A DNA stretch of 63,947 nucleotides, taken from positions 43,388,151 through 43,452,097 of the forward strand of contig NC_068997.1 in NCBI RefSeq assembly GCF_001194135.2, read 5' to 3'. The position numbers and the translations under genes were made by a program. Source of the DNA: Octopus bimaculoides (Eukaryota). How positions within the stretch are numbered: the first letter of the stretch is position 1; each line of letters opens with the position of its first letter. Shown here in pieces: positions 11,791 through 25,943 of the stretch. The notes under the pieces are model-generated. The model searched no databases. It was not told where the DNA came from and saw only the letters and a list, made by a program, of their open reading frames with translations.

Positions 11791-12992
11791 NNNNNNNNNN
11801 NNNNNNNNNNNNNNNNNNNNNNNNNNNNNNNNNNNNNNNNNNNNNNNNNNNNNNNNNNNNNNNNNNNNNNNNNNNNNNNNNNNNNNNNNNNNNNNNNNNN
11901 NNNNNNNNNNNNNNNNNNNNNNNNNNNNNNNNNNNNNNNNNNNNNNNNNNNNNNNNNNNNNNNNNNNNNNNNNNNNNNNNNNNNNNNNNNNNNNNNNNNN
12001 NNNNNNNNNNNNNNNNNNNNNNNNNNNNNNNNNNNNNNNNNNNNNNNNNNNNNNNNNNNNNNNNNNNNNNNNNNNNNNNNNNNNNNNNNNNNNNNNNNNN
12101 NNNNNNNNNNNNNNNNNNNNNNNNNNNNNNNNNNNNNNNNNNNNNNNNNNNNNNNNNNNNNNNNNNNNNNNNNNNNNNNNNNNNNNNNNNNNNNNNNNNN
12201 NNNNNNNNNNNNNNNNNNNNNNNNNNNNNNNNNNNNNNNNNNNNNNNNNNNNNNNNNNNNNNNNNNNNNNNNNNNNNNNNNNNNNNNNNNNNNNNNNNNN
12301 NNNNNNNNNNNNNNNNNNNNNNNNNNNNNNNNNNNNNNNNNNNNNNNNNNNNNNNNNNNNNNNNNNNNNNNNNNNNNNNNNNNNNNNNNNNNNNNNNNNN
12401 NNNNNNNNNNNNNNNNNNNNNNNNNNNNNNNNNNNNNNNNNNNNNNNNNNNNNNNNNNNNNNNNNNNNNNNNNNNNNNNNNNNNNNNNNNNNNNNNNNNN
12501 NNNNNNNNNNNNNNNNNNNNNNNNNNNNNNNNNNNNNNNNNNNNNNNNNNNNNNNNNNNNNNNNNNNNNNNNNNNNNNNNNNNNNNNNNNNNNNNNNNNN
12601 NNNNNNNNNNNNNNNNNNNNNNNNNNNNNNNNNNNNNNNNNNNNNNNNNNNNNNNNNNNNNNNNNNNNNNNNNNNNNNNNNNNNNNNNNNNNNNNNNNNN
12701 NNNNNNNNNNNNNNNNNNNNNNNNNNNNNNNNNNNNNNNNNNNNNNNNNNNNNNNNNTTCTCACAGTTTATATTTATATTTCAAGGTTTTTAACTTTTAA
12801 ATTTGTATATTTAAAATAGATAGAAACTTCAAACTCGATATATCCAAGATCGATTTATTTACCACTCTATGTCAACATTTCTGTGCCCAAACTTATCCAG
12901 TGACTGGTCCATTGGATTTCGACATTTGGCACTTCTTCTATATATATATAGCTTTATATATCTTTATATTTTCCTTAACTTTTTTATTACAG

Positions 12993-13211
12993 TACATGAT
13001 CATTTTGTTTCTTCTGTTCCTCATCCAGTTTTCTCTAGCTTGTGCATGTCTCGCTATGAATGATGCTCAGAAAGACTCTCTTGCAATTAGGGGATGGAAA
13101 CTTGCTGGTAACAAGACTCGCTACGATGTGCAGTATGTGTTTAACTGTTGTGGACTCCAGGTAGTAAATGCACCAGTCTTATTGAACACAGGACACCCAG
13201 TGTGTAGTGGA
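12993..13211 (+). CDS. TSPAN13/31: Tetraspanin-13/31-like internal exon (TM3 and first half of large extracellular loop)
   Basis: Pyrimidine tract and acceptor ttttattacAG (12991-12992), donor GTGAGT at 13212. 219 nt, phase 0-0: YMIILFLLFLIQFSLACACLAMNDAQKDSLAIRGWKLAGNKTRYDVQYVFNCCGLQVVNAPVLLNTGHPVCSG. Contains the tetraspanin CCG motif and the YMIIL..F..QFS..CACLA signature of TSPAN13/31. Confidence 0.95.
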
Positions 13212-13784
13212 GTGAGTATCATTTGTCTTTCACTTGTTTCTGTATCTCTACTTTTTCCTTTTTAAAACTTTATATTCTTGTCAATGGCTGAGTACCATGT
13301 GTTCCAAAGAAAGAACCCTTATGCGCTTGCTTGACCTGCTGGAAACAGCAGCCAAATTTCCCTCAGATCACAAGCCCAACCACTTAAAAAAGAAGGTAGG
13401 TTGTATAATATAGTCCTAGATACAATGTCTGAAAAGAGTGGGAATGGTCAAGTAAAAGAGAGGAAAGAATATTTAATCCGACCATATCCAGCCCAGATAT
13501 CCTAGCTGTTTTATGTTAAATGTGACAGATCCATCCTCTCACACATACCCTACATTGCCATTCAATACCAAAATATATACAAACATACCATTGAAATCTT
13601 GAAGCAACAGTGTGAATAAATTTGATGAAATAAATCTAAATGCTAAAAAGTTCAACAAAACTGGATCAAACTAAATTACTTAGTCTAGGATTTTACTATG
13701 TTTGCTTAATATAGTTCTTTACTATATTTAGTAACTAAATTGCAGTTTTTCATCATTATCATTGAATTTTAATTGTGGAGGGAT

Positions 13785-14190
13785 AGACCCAGGAAGGTGT
13801 GGAACGAAGTGGATCTTCAAGCACTGGACTTCACTGAGAAAGTGACAAGGGACCAGGAGTTGTGGCGGCGATTTGCTGTACTTGAGAAGACACATCAAAC
13901 TAACTAAAATCGCATACATCCATACGTACAGGCTTGTCTTTTACAGATACTGGTGCTATGTAAAATGCACTCATGTCAGTGCTACATAAACACACCCATG
14001 CCAGTGACACATAGAAAGCCCCCAGCACACTCTATAAAGTGGTTGGCATTAGGAAGGGCATCTAACTATAGAAACCATGTTACAACTGGCAATTGGAGTC
14101 TGGTCAGCTCTCCAACTGACCAGCTCCTGTCAAACTGTCCAACCTATGCCTGCATGGAAAACAGATATTAAACAATGACGATCATCATCA
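13785..14190 (+). mobile_element. RTE LINE 3' end, degenerate
   Basis: GRDRPRKVWNEV-like remnant, AGGAAGGGCATC UTR motif and GCATGGAAAACAGATATTAAAC tail. Confidence 0.7.
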
Positions 14191-14435
14191 CCTTATCTTT
14201 ATATCTGTTTTTCTTATGCATCATGAGTTAGATGAGATTTATTGAGGCAGCCTTCTCTGTTCTAGATGCTTTACCAGTTTGATTCCAAATAAGGTATTTA
14301 TTCCTTTGGTTTTTATGACAAGCCATAAAATGACCTGACATGCTTTTAAAGCAGGTATAAACAATGGTACCATCTGACCAGTGTTATTGATTCATGTGTT
14401 AATTGCATCAACAATATCAGGACACAGGTGTGAAG

Positions 14436-14470
<35 letters not shown>

Positions 14471-14566
14471 NNNNNNNNNNNNNNNNNNNNNNNNNNNNNN
14501 NNNNNNNNNNNNNNNNNNNNNNNNNNNNNNNNNNNNNNNNNNNNNNNNNNNNNNNNNNNNNNNNNN

Positions 14567-14622
14567 TCACTCACTCACTCACTCACTCACTCACTCACTC
14601 ACTCACTCACTCACTCACTCAC
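14567..14622. repeat. (TCAC)n tetranucleotide microsatellite
   Basis: Read directly from the sequence. Confidence 0.95.
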
Positions 14623-14940
14623 TTATTTATGCTCACTCACCTGCACATATACATGCAATGGGAATGAGCCCAAAAACCAGTTTTCACTTTCCATCTACCA
14701 ACTTAATTCACAAATCATTGATCAGTCTGGCGCTATCGAAGACACTTGCCCATTGTGCTATGCAACAGGAACAAGCACAAAACCATGTAGTTTAGAAGCC
14801 AACTTCTTTACCACATAGCCAGTCACTAATGTTGTCTCACACAGGCACAAGGCCACAACAATTTTAATGGCAAGTTATAATAGTTGTTTAGATCAACTCC
14901 AGTACTGGAATTGTATGTTATCTTTTTTGATGTTGGAAAT

Positions 14941-15110
14941 CATCATCATCATCGTTTAACGTCCGCTTTCCATGCTAGCATGGGTTGGACGATTTGACTG
15001 AGGACTGGTGAGCCAGATGGCTACACCAGGCTCCAATCTGATTTGGCAGGGTTTCTATGGCTGGATACCCTTCGTAATGTCAACCACTCCGAGAGTGTAG
15101 TGGGTACTTT
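14941..15110 (-). mobile_element. RTE 3' UTR-derived repeat (short)
   Basis: Near-identical to the terminal part of 5074-5460. Confidence 0.8.
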
Positions 15111-15819
15111 GAATATGAAAGGCGAAATTGATCTCATTAAGATTTAAACTCAACATTAAGAGCCCTACCAGCTGTTTTTGTTCTGAATTCTGTAAAGCAG
15201 AGATCAACTGTACTGCAATACTGTAAGATAGGATATATCTGTATTATATGTGAAAATTTTCTTGATTATCCTCCCTTTTCCATCACAGGCAATGTTTATG
15301 TAAGCAAGAGCTAAACAAGAGCACCTTGGGCAATTGTCTTCCACTATAGACCTGGACCAACCAATGACTTACAAGTGAATTTAGTAGATGGAAACTGTAT
15401 GGCAGTCCATTCTGTGCATGTGTGTGTTTGTGTTTATCCTTCACTGGTTGACAACTTGGTGTTGATTTGTTTGCATCACCATAACTTAGCAGTTCAGCAA
15501 AAGGTATCAATAGAATAAATAACAGGCTTAAAATAATAAGTCCTGGAGTCAATGTGTTTGACTAAACCCTTCAAAGCAGTAACCCAGCATGGCTGCAGTC
15601 TAACAACTGAAACAAGTAAAAGATAAAAATCTTGACACCAAAAAAGAAAAGGAAAATGAAAGCACTCTAAATGTCATCTACTGCTCAATGGCCCACAATT
15701 ACATTAAATTTGAAAACTTTTTAGAAAAGGTCTGAAATCCAAGAGAAAGCCACTTCAGTGGCTTCCTTTTCAGGATGCTGCCGACCTCTGTCGTAAGGTT
15801 TTTATCTAATCTTCTATCA

Positions 15820-16150
15820 TTCATCATCATCATGCATCTGTTTTCCATACTGGATATGGGCTACATGGTTTGACAGCTGGTAAGGCCAGAAGCTGCACCA
15901 GACTCCATTGTCTGTTCTGGCATGGTTTCTATGGCTGGATGCCCTGCCTAATGCTAACCACTTTACAAAGTGCACTGGGTGCTTTTAATGTGGCACCAGT
16001 ACCAGTGCTTTTAAAGTGACACCGGTACCAGTGTTTTTTATGTGGCACCAGCACTGGTGTGCTTTACATGGCACAATGCTTTTAATGTGGCATTATCACC
16101 AGTGTTTTTATGTGGTACCAGCACCAGTGCTTTTTACGTGGCACTGTTAG
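15820..16150 (-). mobile_element. RTE 3' UTR-derived repeat with amplified internal minisatellite
   Basis: RTE tail followed by repeated GTGCTTTTxATGTGGCACCAG-like units. Confidence 0.7.
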
Positions 16151-17227
16151 TGTAAGGTAAGAATTTTCATATGAATTGATCTTTGTATATGACAGGCAGT
16201 TATTTCATCAATCTCAGAGGGTACAAGTGCCAAAGTCAACCTTGGCAAAGTATTTGAACTGAAAATCTCTTTGGAATGACATTAAATACACTACAGAACT
16301 TAACCTGGCATTCAAGCATCGCTTCCAACTCACCGTCTAATGATTCTAGTCATTAGTTACAAAATATTACAACTGAGTAACAGGTGTGACTGATTTTGCA
16401 GCTGTTACATCGGTTTAATACTCATACTTTTCTACATTGATAGATGATTAATATACAAAAGGCTTTTTCTCATACATTTTCGTATCAGCTTTGTGTGTGT
16501 GTATGTATGTGTGTGTGGATATATTTCTTGTGTGAATGTTAGATTTTAGTGTTACACATCAATGAACAAACATAAGTATGTCAATGTGCATGTGTTACAT
16601 ACAGATAGATATCCACAGCTAAACACTTAAGTATATATATATTTTCCCTGTTTGTGTTTTTGTGGTTATGTTACACACACATATACAGACAGACAGGTAA
16701 GTAGATAGAGAGAAAGTGAGAGAGAAAAACACACATACATACAGGCATAAATATATATGTAGACACATTGACATAGAGTAGTAACAACAGTAAAATCTAT
16801 CATGTATTGAAGTGGGGGGTGGTTTTACTACACACTTTCCTAACATATCACTGTATTACCACTTGCAGAGTGATTGAGTATAATTTTTGAAATTAATACA
16901 TATAGATGTTTTCCTGAACCAATGAGGCTTTTCTAAGTTTTTTGCCGTTTAGCCTCAGACCATCCCCTGTTCATACAGACAGCATTCAAGCTGTGACCAT
17001 CTTGTTTTTTCTCTTTCATACAGGGAGAATCAGAACCACTTTATCCAATGAGTTCATTTTTTTAACATGGTAGAATTTAGTTTTAATGATATTCGGCTTC
17101 TATTTTCAGCAGGTAACTATGTAAAATGAGGTGGCAGCAGTTAATGTGCTCTCAGCTACTACCACCACTACCCACAATCCACCACCCCCACTAATAATTT
17201 TAAATTACTTCCAACCAATTATCGACC

Positions 17228-18600
17228 TTCATCATCATCATTTAATGTCTGCCTTCCATGCTGGCATAGGTTGGATGGCTTGACAGGAGTCGGCCAGGTA
17301 GAAGACTACCTCAGGCTACTATGTCTGTTTTGGCAGGGCTTTTACAGCTGATTTTTACCTTTCTAACACCAACTACTCTGTAGAGTCAACTGAGTGCTTT
17401 TTACGTGGGACCAGTACAGACAAGGTCAGTTTTGGCATGGGTTTTACAGCTGGATGCCCTTCCAAATGCCAAGCACTTTACTGTGTGGACTGGATACTTT
17501 TTATGTGTCACTGGCAGGGTCACCAAATAACTTGCAAGACAAGGAATTTTGAGAGGGAAGAAAGCATTGTCATTGCCTCTGTGAGGCCTAACATTCAAAG
17601 GTGATGCTTCACCACCTCGTCCCATGTCTCCCTGGGTCTCCCTCTACCCTGGATTCCTTCAACTGTTTGGGAGTGGCACTTCTTCACACAGCTTTCCTCA
17701 TCCATCCATTGTACATGACCATACCAATGCAAACGTCTCTCTTGCATGCCACATCCAATGCTTCTTATGTCCAACATTTCTCTCGGGGCACTTACACTCT
17801 GTCATGTGTGCACACTGACATTACACATCCAGCGGATCATGCTAGCTTCATTTTTTTTGAGCCTACGCATGTCTTCAGCAGTTATGGCCCATGCTTCACT
17901 GCCGTGAGGCATGGCAATTTACACACATGCATCGTACAATCTACCTTTCACTCTGAGCGAGAGGCCCTTTGTCACCAGTAGGGGTAGAAGCTTTCTGAAC
18001 TTTTCCCAGGCTATTCTTATTCTAGTGGTAACACTCTCTGAGCATNNNNNNNNNNGAGCGAGAGGCCCTTTGTCACCAGTAGGGGTAGAAGCTTTCTGAA
18101 CTTTTCCCAGGCTATTCTTATTCTAGTGGTAACACTCTCTGAGCATCCACCCCCCCACTACAGACTTAGTCACCTAGGTAGCGGAAGCTATCAACTACTT
18201 CTAGTTTCTCCCCTTGGCATGTGATGGAATCTGTTTCTGAGCATCTTTGGTGTTTATTGCCCCAGTGCATCTACCGCACACAAAAGCTATCTTCCCGGTT
18301 AATCTTCCTTTGATGTTGCTGCACCTCTTATGTGTCCATAGCTTACACTGGGTACATCTTAATGGAGTTTCCACCTACACTTTTTCTACAGATCAAGCAG
18401 GGCCACCTACATGAAAGGGTGTGTGATATGTTCGCCTTCCTACTTACTAGAACTTTGGTCTTTGCATACCATGGACTCCTGTCATTAGGTTCAGCAATTT
18501 CTCGCCAAACACATGATTTGTTTATAGTGATCAAATGTTTGTGTACACATAAGCTGACTCTCTCCATCAAATCTACATTACCTGTACAGGTGCACTATGT
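17228..18600 (-). mobile_element. RTE-clade LINE, 5'-truncated and degenerate
   Basis: - strand MQERRLHWYGHVQWMDEESCVKKC...VEGIQGRGRPRETWDEVVKH (RTE C-terminal motif) and upstream WPCLICRKSVGGNSI. The 3' UTR ends in ...GCATGGAAGGCAGACATTAAA plus (GAT)n. Confidence 0.88.
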
Positions 18601-18744
18601 ACCACATGTCAGATGATGAAATGATCACAGAACAACATGGAATGAAGTGCTTTGCTCAAGAACACAACGCAATGCCCAGTCTGAGAATCAAACCCATAAC
18701 ATTGCAATTGTAAGTGCAATGCTCTAACCACTAAGCCATGTGCC

Positions 18745-18785
<41 letters not shown>

Positions 18786-20181
18786 GGCAGAAAATTAGCA
18801 ATCATTAGAGTATTGAATGTCTCATAGTATTTTTCTGAGTCTCTGTGCTCTTTGTTCAAATTCTGCCCAGGTCAACTTTGTCTTTCATTCTTTCAAGATC
18901 AATAAAAGAAGTTCTCATTCTTCACCCTGAATTGCTACTGTTTTTTATTGACCAATTCAGGGCAGTGGACTGACAAAATTGTTAGGACATTGGACAGGAT
19001 GTTTTGTCATACTATTTCTGGCTCTTTTTCATTGTGACAGCAATGCCTACCATGACACTGGTACCAAACTGTTCTGGACTTGCCTTTCCCTCAGACATCT
19101 GTAACATAAAGGGGAGAGACTAGCATGCAAGGGCAACTGCTAATTTTCTATGGAAAAGCTTTCCCAGGTCTGCACATAGAGGTGCAGAGACATGATCAAC
19201 CTTCACTGATGGAGGCATTAGATATACAATCCTGTGGTTAAGAAGTTTGCTTTACATTCCAGGGTTCCTGGTTCAATCATACTGAATGGCGCTTTAGGCC
19301 AGTGCCTTCTACATTAGGCATCAATTGACCGAAACCTTATTAGAACTTGATAGTCAGAAACTATGTGGATGTCCATTGGAGGAGCTGTTCCCCTTTCCTA
19401 ATTGGACACCATCATCTGGCCTTTGAGTTCACTTTGTTGCAAGCATTAAGAACCAACTCTCCAATTTGAAGATACTTGACCATTTTTCCCCCTATAGAAC
19501 ATAGACCTTTCATGACCTAACTGTATTGTTCTCTGGGTCTCTTTTCTGCCCCTTTCCCAGGTCCTGTTGGTTTTGAATTGTTCTCAATGCTTCTGTAACT
19601 TCCTTTTTTCTAGGTAGGGGTGTTGGCCCTACAAAATCCCATTTTTACCTCTGGAGTTTAGAGGTAACTTCCTCCATTACTCTGGCCTTGGTGGTCCTGC
19701 AAAAAGATCATGAGTACTACCCTTTCTCTTCTAACTAAGCTATTAAAGAGAAAATCATAAAACAATGAAGCAATTTGAGCAGCCACATAGAAGCTTCCTC
19801 GTCAGCACAAATGGGCAATCTAGATGGTGATTATGGCTTGCCATTTTATGTCGTATAAAGACACGTGTAGAAGCCACAAGGAAGTCTTATTGATGTTTCT
19901 AGATTATCTCTGTAAGATAGTAAACATTTGTCAGTAGTCAATAGAGTTAGTATTAAGTCTCCTGTAATAACTGACTAATCCTTTAATCCTTCTGCAGTTC
20001 AGCTTTAGCATATTTGATTACAACGTAATAACTAGGTTTGTGTGTGTGTATCTATGCATGTTTGAGTGTTGTTAATCTGAGGAAGGAAGGGATGAATCAC
20101 ATTTATGTTTATTCTAGTCAAGAGACTGTGATGATTGGAAGATAGCAAGGTTTAATTTGAATTGTTATTGATGTCTGAAAT

Positions 20182-20220
<39 letters not shown>

Positions 20221-20865
20221 GTGTTTATAATATATGTGTGTGTGTGCTTTATATTACATAATATAGTGTATTAAAAATGTTTGAGTTTAATCTTTTTTGA
20301 CCTTCCTACCAAAATTGGTGTATCAGCATGGCTACACATGGTTGTGCAGATGACCTCAAACAGTACAGCACTGGGCAAAATACATTTAATCTTACTTGTG
20401 AGGTTCAAATCCTGCATATGGTGACCTTACTGTTCAGCCTTTTGGAGTAAAAAAATTTTTTAAATAAGTAAAAGAGAGACAGCAATATATTGGTGATTAT
20501 TCAATGGACTTTGATCTTCTGCTACAATCATTGATCTTGTGTGTGATCATAAGAAATCAATGTTTAATTTGCTTTTCAAATGGTAGACGTGTTAATGGTT
20601 AGAAGGAAAACATAGAGGAGTGATTGCACGACAGTGTAGATCATAGGGAATGGAGGATTAATGAACTCCTTTGTCTTCAGTGTTTCAAAGCTGTTACTGC
20701 TACTGTCATCATTAGCTAAATATATGTTTACTTTAATCTCCTTTGATTTGTGCCTAGGATCAGAAAGAGTCTGTGGTAAATAATCTACATCATTACAAAA
20801 ATACATACATACACGCACGCACACACACACACACACACACNNNNNNNNNNCACACACACACACAA

Positions 20866-20910
<45 letters not shown>

Positions 20911-21329
20911 AACCATTCCGTTGGTTGAAGAATCTTTTTTTTCTCTCTCATTACTAAGTTTCACTTTGTCATACATCCCCTCACAATTAATAAAAGAATA
21001 TACCAGTCAAGTACCAAGATGGATATAATTGGCTGTAACATTTGCCAATCCCTGCAAATTTTCACTTTGTACCAAATTTAGAATCATAATCATCATCATC
21101 ATCATTAAGGCTGTGAGTTGGCAGAATTATTAGCATGCCGGGTGAAATGCTTAGCAGCATGTCACCCATCTTTAGATTCTGAGTTCAAATTCTGCTGAGG
21201 TTAACTTTGCCATTCATCCTTTCGAGGGCAATAAAATAAGTACCAGTTGAACACTGGGGCCAATGTAATCAGTTGATTACAGAATTTTACAGACGGTCCA
21301 CAAATTACTGTTTTGCATTACATAATCAG

Positions 21330-22150
21330 AGATGCACATGCTATCAGCCACTAAAGGACATGCTCAACTGGTTACGGTCAACAAATGACAAGCAAATCTG
21401 AGGTATTGAGCAGAATATTTGCTGTAGCCCATCATTTATATCAAGACAAAACATGTACATGATAACACTTCCAATCAGTTAAGATCAGAAGCCATGAGAG
21501 CCTGTGCCTGGTATTGCATCAGAGCATTTTATTATTATTACCCCTTCTCTCAAAAATTGCTGACATTGTGCCAACATTTGAAACCGTTCTTCTTCTTGCC
21601 ATTAAAATGGCCCTGGGGTACAAATATACGAAGCCCAATATGACCATCATGACTATATCATGACTTATTTGTCTGATAAGGGTACACCAGGCACATATGT
21701 GCATGACATGTTGATTTCATATCAAGATAAACAGTGCATGACCTTGCAGGTGGGGCTCAGTTAGAACTTTTTTCAGGTTGAGTAGCTCATCTTGCTCAAA
21801 AGATCCATGAATAAGGGTTGTTTAATGAAATAAAGATGTTGAATGCAACACCCATGTTTCCAGAGGTGAATTATTCAAACCCCAGAGAGTTCCTCACAAC
21901 ACATGGCTATGATGCTCCCCCTCTACTTCTGCTCATGGTCAGAGATGCACATATCATCAGCCACCAAGGGACATGCTCAACTGGTTATGGTCAAACAACT
22001 GACAAGCAAATCTGTGGTATTAAGCAGAATATTTGCTGTAGCCCATCTTTTATACCAGGACAAAATATGTACATGATAACACTTCCAATCAGTTAAGATC
22101 AGAAGCTATGAGAGCCAGTGTCTGATATTGCATCAGAGCATTTTATTATC
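21330..22150 (+). repeat. Family D: partial 3' copy followed by a near-full copy
   Basis: The 3' about 200 bp (21330-21530) is repeated at 21940-22140. Confidence 0.8.
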
Positions 22151-23054
22151 ATTATTATTATTATCATTATCAACGGTAATAATAATTCAGAGTATTTGGG
22201 TAATTTATAAATTAACAGTGTAATGTGGTAAATCGGTAATTAAGTAGTCTTATTCTTTCAGTAGTGGTAAAAAGATTGACTCAGGGGTGGGAGCTACAGT
22301 AGAACCAATTCTTTCTTGATCTCTCCACATACCTGATCCTAAGAAACAGGAGTGGGGCAGGGGATCACACCCCCACTCCCCAGTACTTGATTGGTACTGT
22401 ACTTATCAACTCTAAAAGGATGAGAGACCAAGTTAGCCTGAGTGAGATTTATACAGAAAAGTAATGTAGACGGTCAGAATAAAATACCACAAATATCATT
22501 AAAAAGTTTAACTCTGAAGTGAAGTGTGTTTTTTTTTTTTAACACAATTCATTTGTAAAGGGATTTTTTCCCCAGATGAAAACTACAGCTTCTGGCTTTT
22601 CAGTGATACATGTACATTAACTATCATTTAGATAGAGATTTTATTCTAGAGCTACTTTGATTGTATAATTCGAATTTTATTCAGTCTTAGTGGTGTCATT
22701 GCAAACCACTGTGTTGTTTATCCACTGTTTCTGTATACTTCAGACTGGCCAATTTGGCCTTGTTTTAGAAGTGGTATGAGTATGTGACATTGGTAAACTA
22801 GAAAAATTGCATAATGTGCATCTGTTGTTCTCCCAGTCACTTTCAGGAAGATTTCATTTCATCAAGCTCTGATGTATAGATGTGTCATAAAAATTTTATT
22901 CTAGAACTGCTTCTAATGCATAATTCACACACACATACACACACACACGTGTGTGTATTGACCACATGCAAACATCCGGGCACCAGTAACAACACACTTC
23001 CTAAATCAATTTATCTCGTTTTCTTGACCTAATTAAATCTAAAACACACATGCC

Positions 23055-23097
<43 letters not shown>

Positions 23098-23727
23098 GTT
23101 TTGAATCAATCCTAAGGAATCAACAATGATATGCGTCAAGTCTATTTGATCTCTCGTTGTTCCAGATAGACTATAGATTATACTATAATGTAGGTACAAC
23201 AACCAAACTAACTGATACTTCATTCCACATTGTATAATTATGTAAGCAACAGAGTAACTGTCTAAATTTAAGCTGGACACACCTCACCTGCCTACCTGTC
23301 TACTGTAGGTAGTGATGTCCTAATTTATCCATCACTACTGACATCCTGCTGCACATGCCTGTGAGTGAGCCTCTACATGACCAGTTGATCTGCTAGAAAT
23401 AACAGTTTCATCTCCCTTTAAAAAAATACAGAATACATTAGATAATATGATCCAAGATACACAATTTCAAAAATGAAAGAAAGGCTAGTCAGAGTTAACC
23501 TTGTTTTAAGCAACATCCTGACATATGCAATGTATTTGGGTTCATATGTCTTCATCATTTAATTAGTCTCAGGTTAGCCCTCACTGAACTGGCCTATGAT
23601 CAAATGTATCCTAACCAAAACCATCCAACCTCTTTCTCTGGCACACTGCACTCAGCACCAAATTATTTAATGTGTCCTTTCCATTGTTTTATTTCACATT
23701 CATTTTCATTGTACCCACTGTTTACTA

Positions 23728-24100
23728 TCGGTGGAGGTGCAATGGCTCAGTGGTTAGGGCAGTGGAATTGCGGTTTCGATTCCCAGACCGGGCGTTGTGA
23801 GTGTTTATTGAGCGAAAACACCTAAAAGCTCCACGAGGCTCTGGCAGGGGATGGTGGCGAACCCTGCTGTACTCTTCCTCCACAACTTTCTCTATCTCTT
23901 ACTTCCTGTTTCTGTTGTGCCTGTAATTCAAAGGGTCAGCCTTGTCACACTGTGTCACGCTGATTATCCCCGAGAACTACGTTAAGGATACACATGTCTG
24001 TGGAGTGCTCAGCCATTTGCATCTTAATTTCACGAGCAGGCTGTTCCGTTGATAGGATCAACTGGAACCCTCGACGCCGTAAGCGATGGAGTGCCAACAG
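23728..24100 (+). mobile_element. tRNA-derived SINE family C
   Basis: Head GCAATGGCTCAGTGGTTAGGG ... GGTTTCGATTCCC; distinct body; 3' module CCTGTAATTCAAAGGGTCAGCCTTGTCAC also seen at about 29350 and 63200. Confidence 0.7.
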
Positions 24101-24639
24101 TTTGTTATTGTACCATTTTGTTTTTTTTGTTTTGTTTTTCTTTTATGTTTTGTTTGTCCAACTTTATATATTGTTTATCAGTCTCCTTCTTACTTTATTT
24201 ATCTTTAGTCATTTTACTTGTGTGTTTTTTATCTTCTACATACACATACACACAAGAGGAAACGGTTGTCATAGCTGATATGTCTTTATTTATATGTTTG
24301 TTCAGTCAAGGCTAATTTGAACCTAAGTAACAATAACAACTCAGAGCATGGATGGTTGACTGGATTGTGTAGATAGGTTCCATCCAAACTGCCAACTAAG
24401 AGATTGACAGTTCACATTCTGTTACCACTTAGCCAAGACAGTTAATTCCCACATCATCTGACTATGCATGATTTGTTTCTGAGACAGGCACCAGGCCTCA
24501 TATTTGGAAGATTTAAATACAAAAAAAAAAAACAGGGAAGAAGAGAGAGGTAAGAAAATAAAAAAAGTTGGGTGAGGATAAAGCAGCAGATGATGAAGTG
24601 GAAGTGGGCAGTGGACCACATATCCCAGAACAAATAGGG

Positions 24640-24930
24640 TGCTCAGCTGCGCCCCACAGTAATGACCGTGAGGACATTGCTGCAGAGAATGGCCAGTGAC
24701 ACTTGCTGCAACAGCCACTCCACTCTGCAGGCTCGTTTCTCTGAAGAGCCGTTGTTATCCCTGTTTTGCTGAGGAAATCGGTAGTACAGAGTCCTAGAAC
24801 ACCTGACATCTCGATGGTGACCATTACAAACTGATAGCAGCTGGCCAGTCCCTTGTATTTATTGATTTTTCTCTCCTCCATATTATTGTGGTGACACCCA
24901 GATTTGCAGTAGATGCTTCTAGACATTTAA
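24640..24930 (-). mobile_element. CRE-like LINE fragment (restriction-like endonuclease C-terminus)
   Basis: EERKINKYKGLASCYQFVMVTIEMSGVLG, then after a frameshift EWLLQQVSLAILCSN, matching E..K..KY..L...Y.F.P...ET.G..G and QR.SLAI.RGN. Confidence 0.6.
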
Positions 24931-25884
24931 CTCAACTCTTTGGTAATTATGTCATCAGCTGCAGAAAGATGAAAGGCAAAGTTTACTTAAATGGGATTTG
25001 AACTCTGAACATATTATAAGTAGATACTGAAGGATAGCAATAACCAGCTCTTTACTACAAACAGCAATAACATTGCAAAATTAAAGGGTGTTTTATTAAC
25101 TTATAATACTGAGTTTAACTTCTTTTGGTGCTGCTGTCAGACTCACATCAACCCTAATCAAACTGACCGGTGATCAAAGGGCTCGACCTTTTCTTTCAAG
25201 TAGTCCAGTGTGTCCTTGTTTTAAAGACTGAATGTTGGATTGAAGGGAGATGTAACTGCTACTTCTAGCAGTTGGATCACCATTTAGAAACTCCTTCATT
25301 CACTCATATTTCCTCTGTTGGAATAGCTTGGAGAGAGACAGGTTCTGCTGAACTTATTTAAGTTTCCTTGAACACTAGTATTGCATTTTGGTCTTAAAGA
25401 CTGTTATTCCAAAGTCTCCTCACCACCACATGTTATTGTATACCCAGACACCATAATCTAGAGTTTTCATCACTGTCCCTATAACACTGGCTTTAGAGAT
25501 CCCCTCACTCTGTTATTTATATATCAAAAAATAAGACAGGATGGTCATGGCTAGAAAGCCTCTGGTCTAGATATGCACCATCAGGGATGACCTTGGGCTT
25601 CTCAGAATAATGAAAAGCAATGTTGGATTTGAACTCATAATCTAGAGAGCTGAAACTCATCCCGGTCAACATCCTCCAGATATCAACTTCAAATGTCTGA
25701 ACTAGAATATTCTCTCTCATTCACCTAATTTCTGCCATCAACAAATGACTAAATGTTAGGAATAGAACAATAATAGTTTATCATTGTATTGGTTTATGCA
25801 TTCTTTCAACTCCTTTCCCAGCTACCAATTAAAATGACCTTTCACCTTATATTTAATTACTACCACCTTGTCTCAATGTAACCC

Positions 25885-25943
<59 letters not shown>

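Noticed and set aside
11659-12819. Long ORFs made mostly of X (also 33615-34126, 51237-51728, 52652-53032, 60464-61280)
   Set aside because: They are artefacts of N-gaps.
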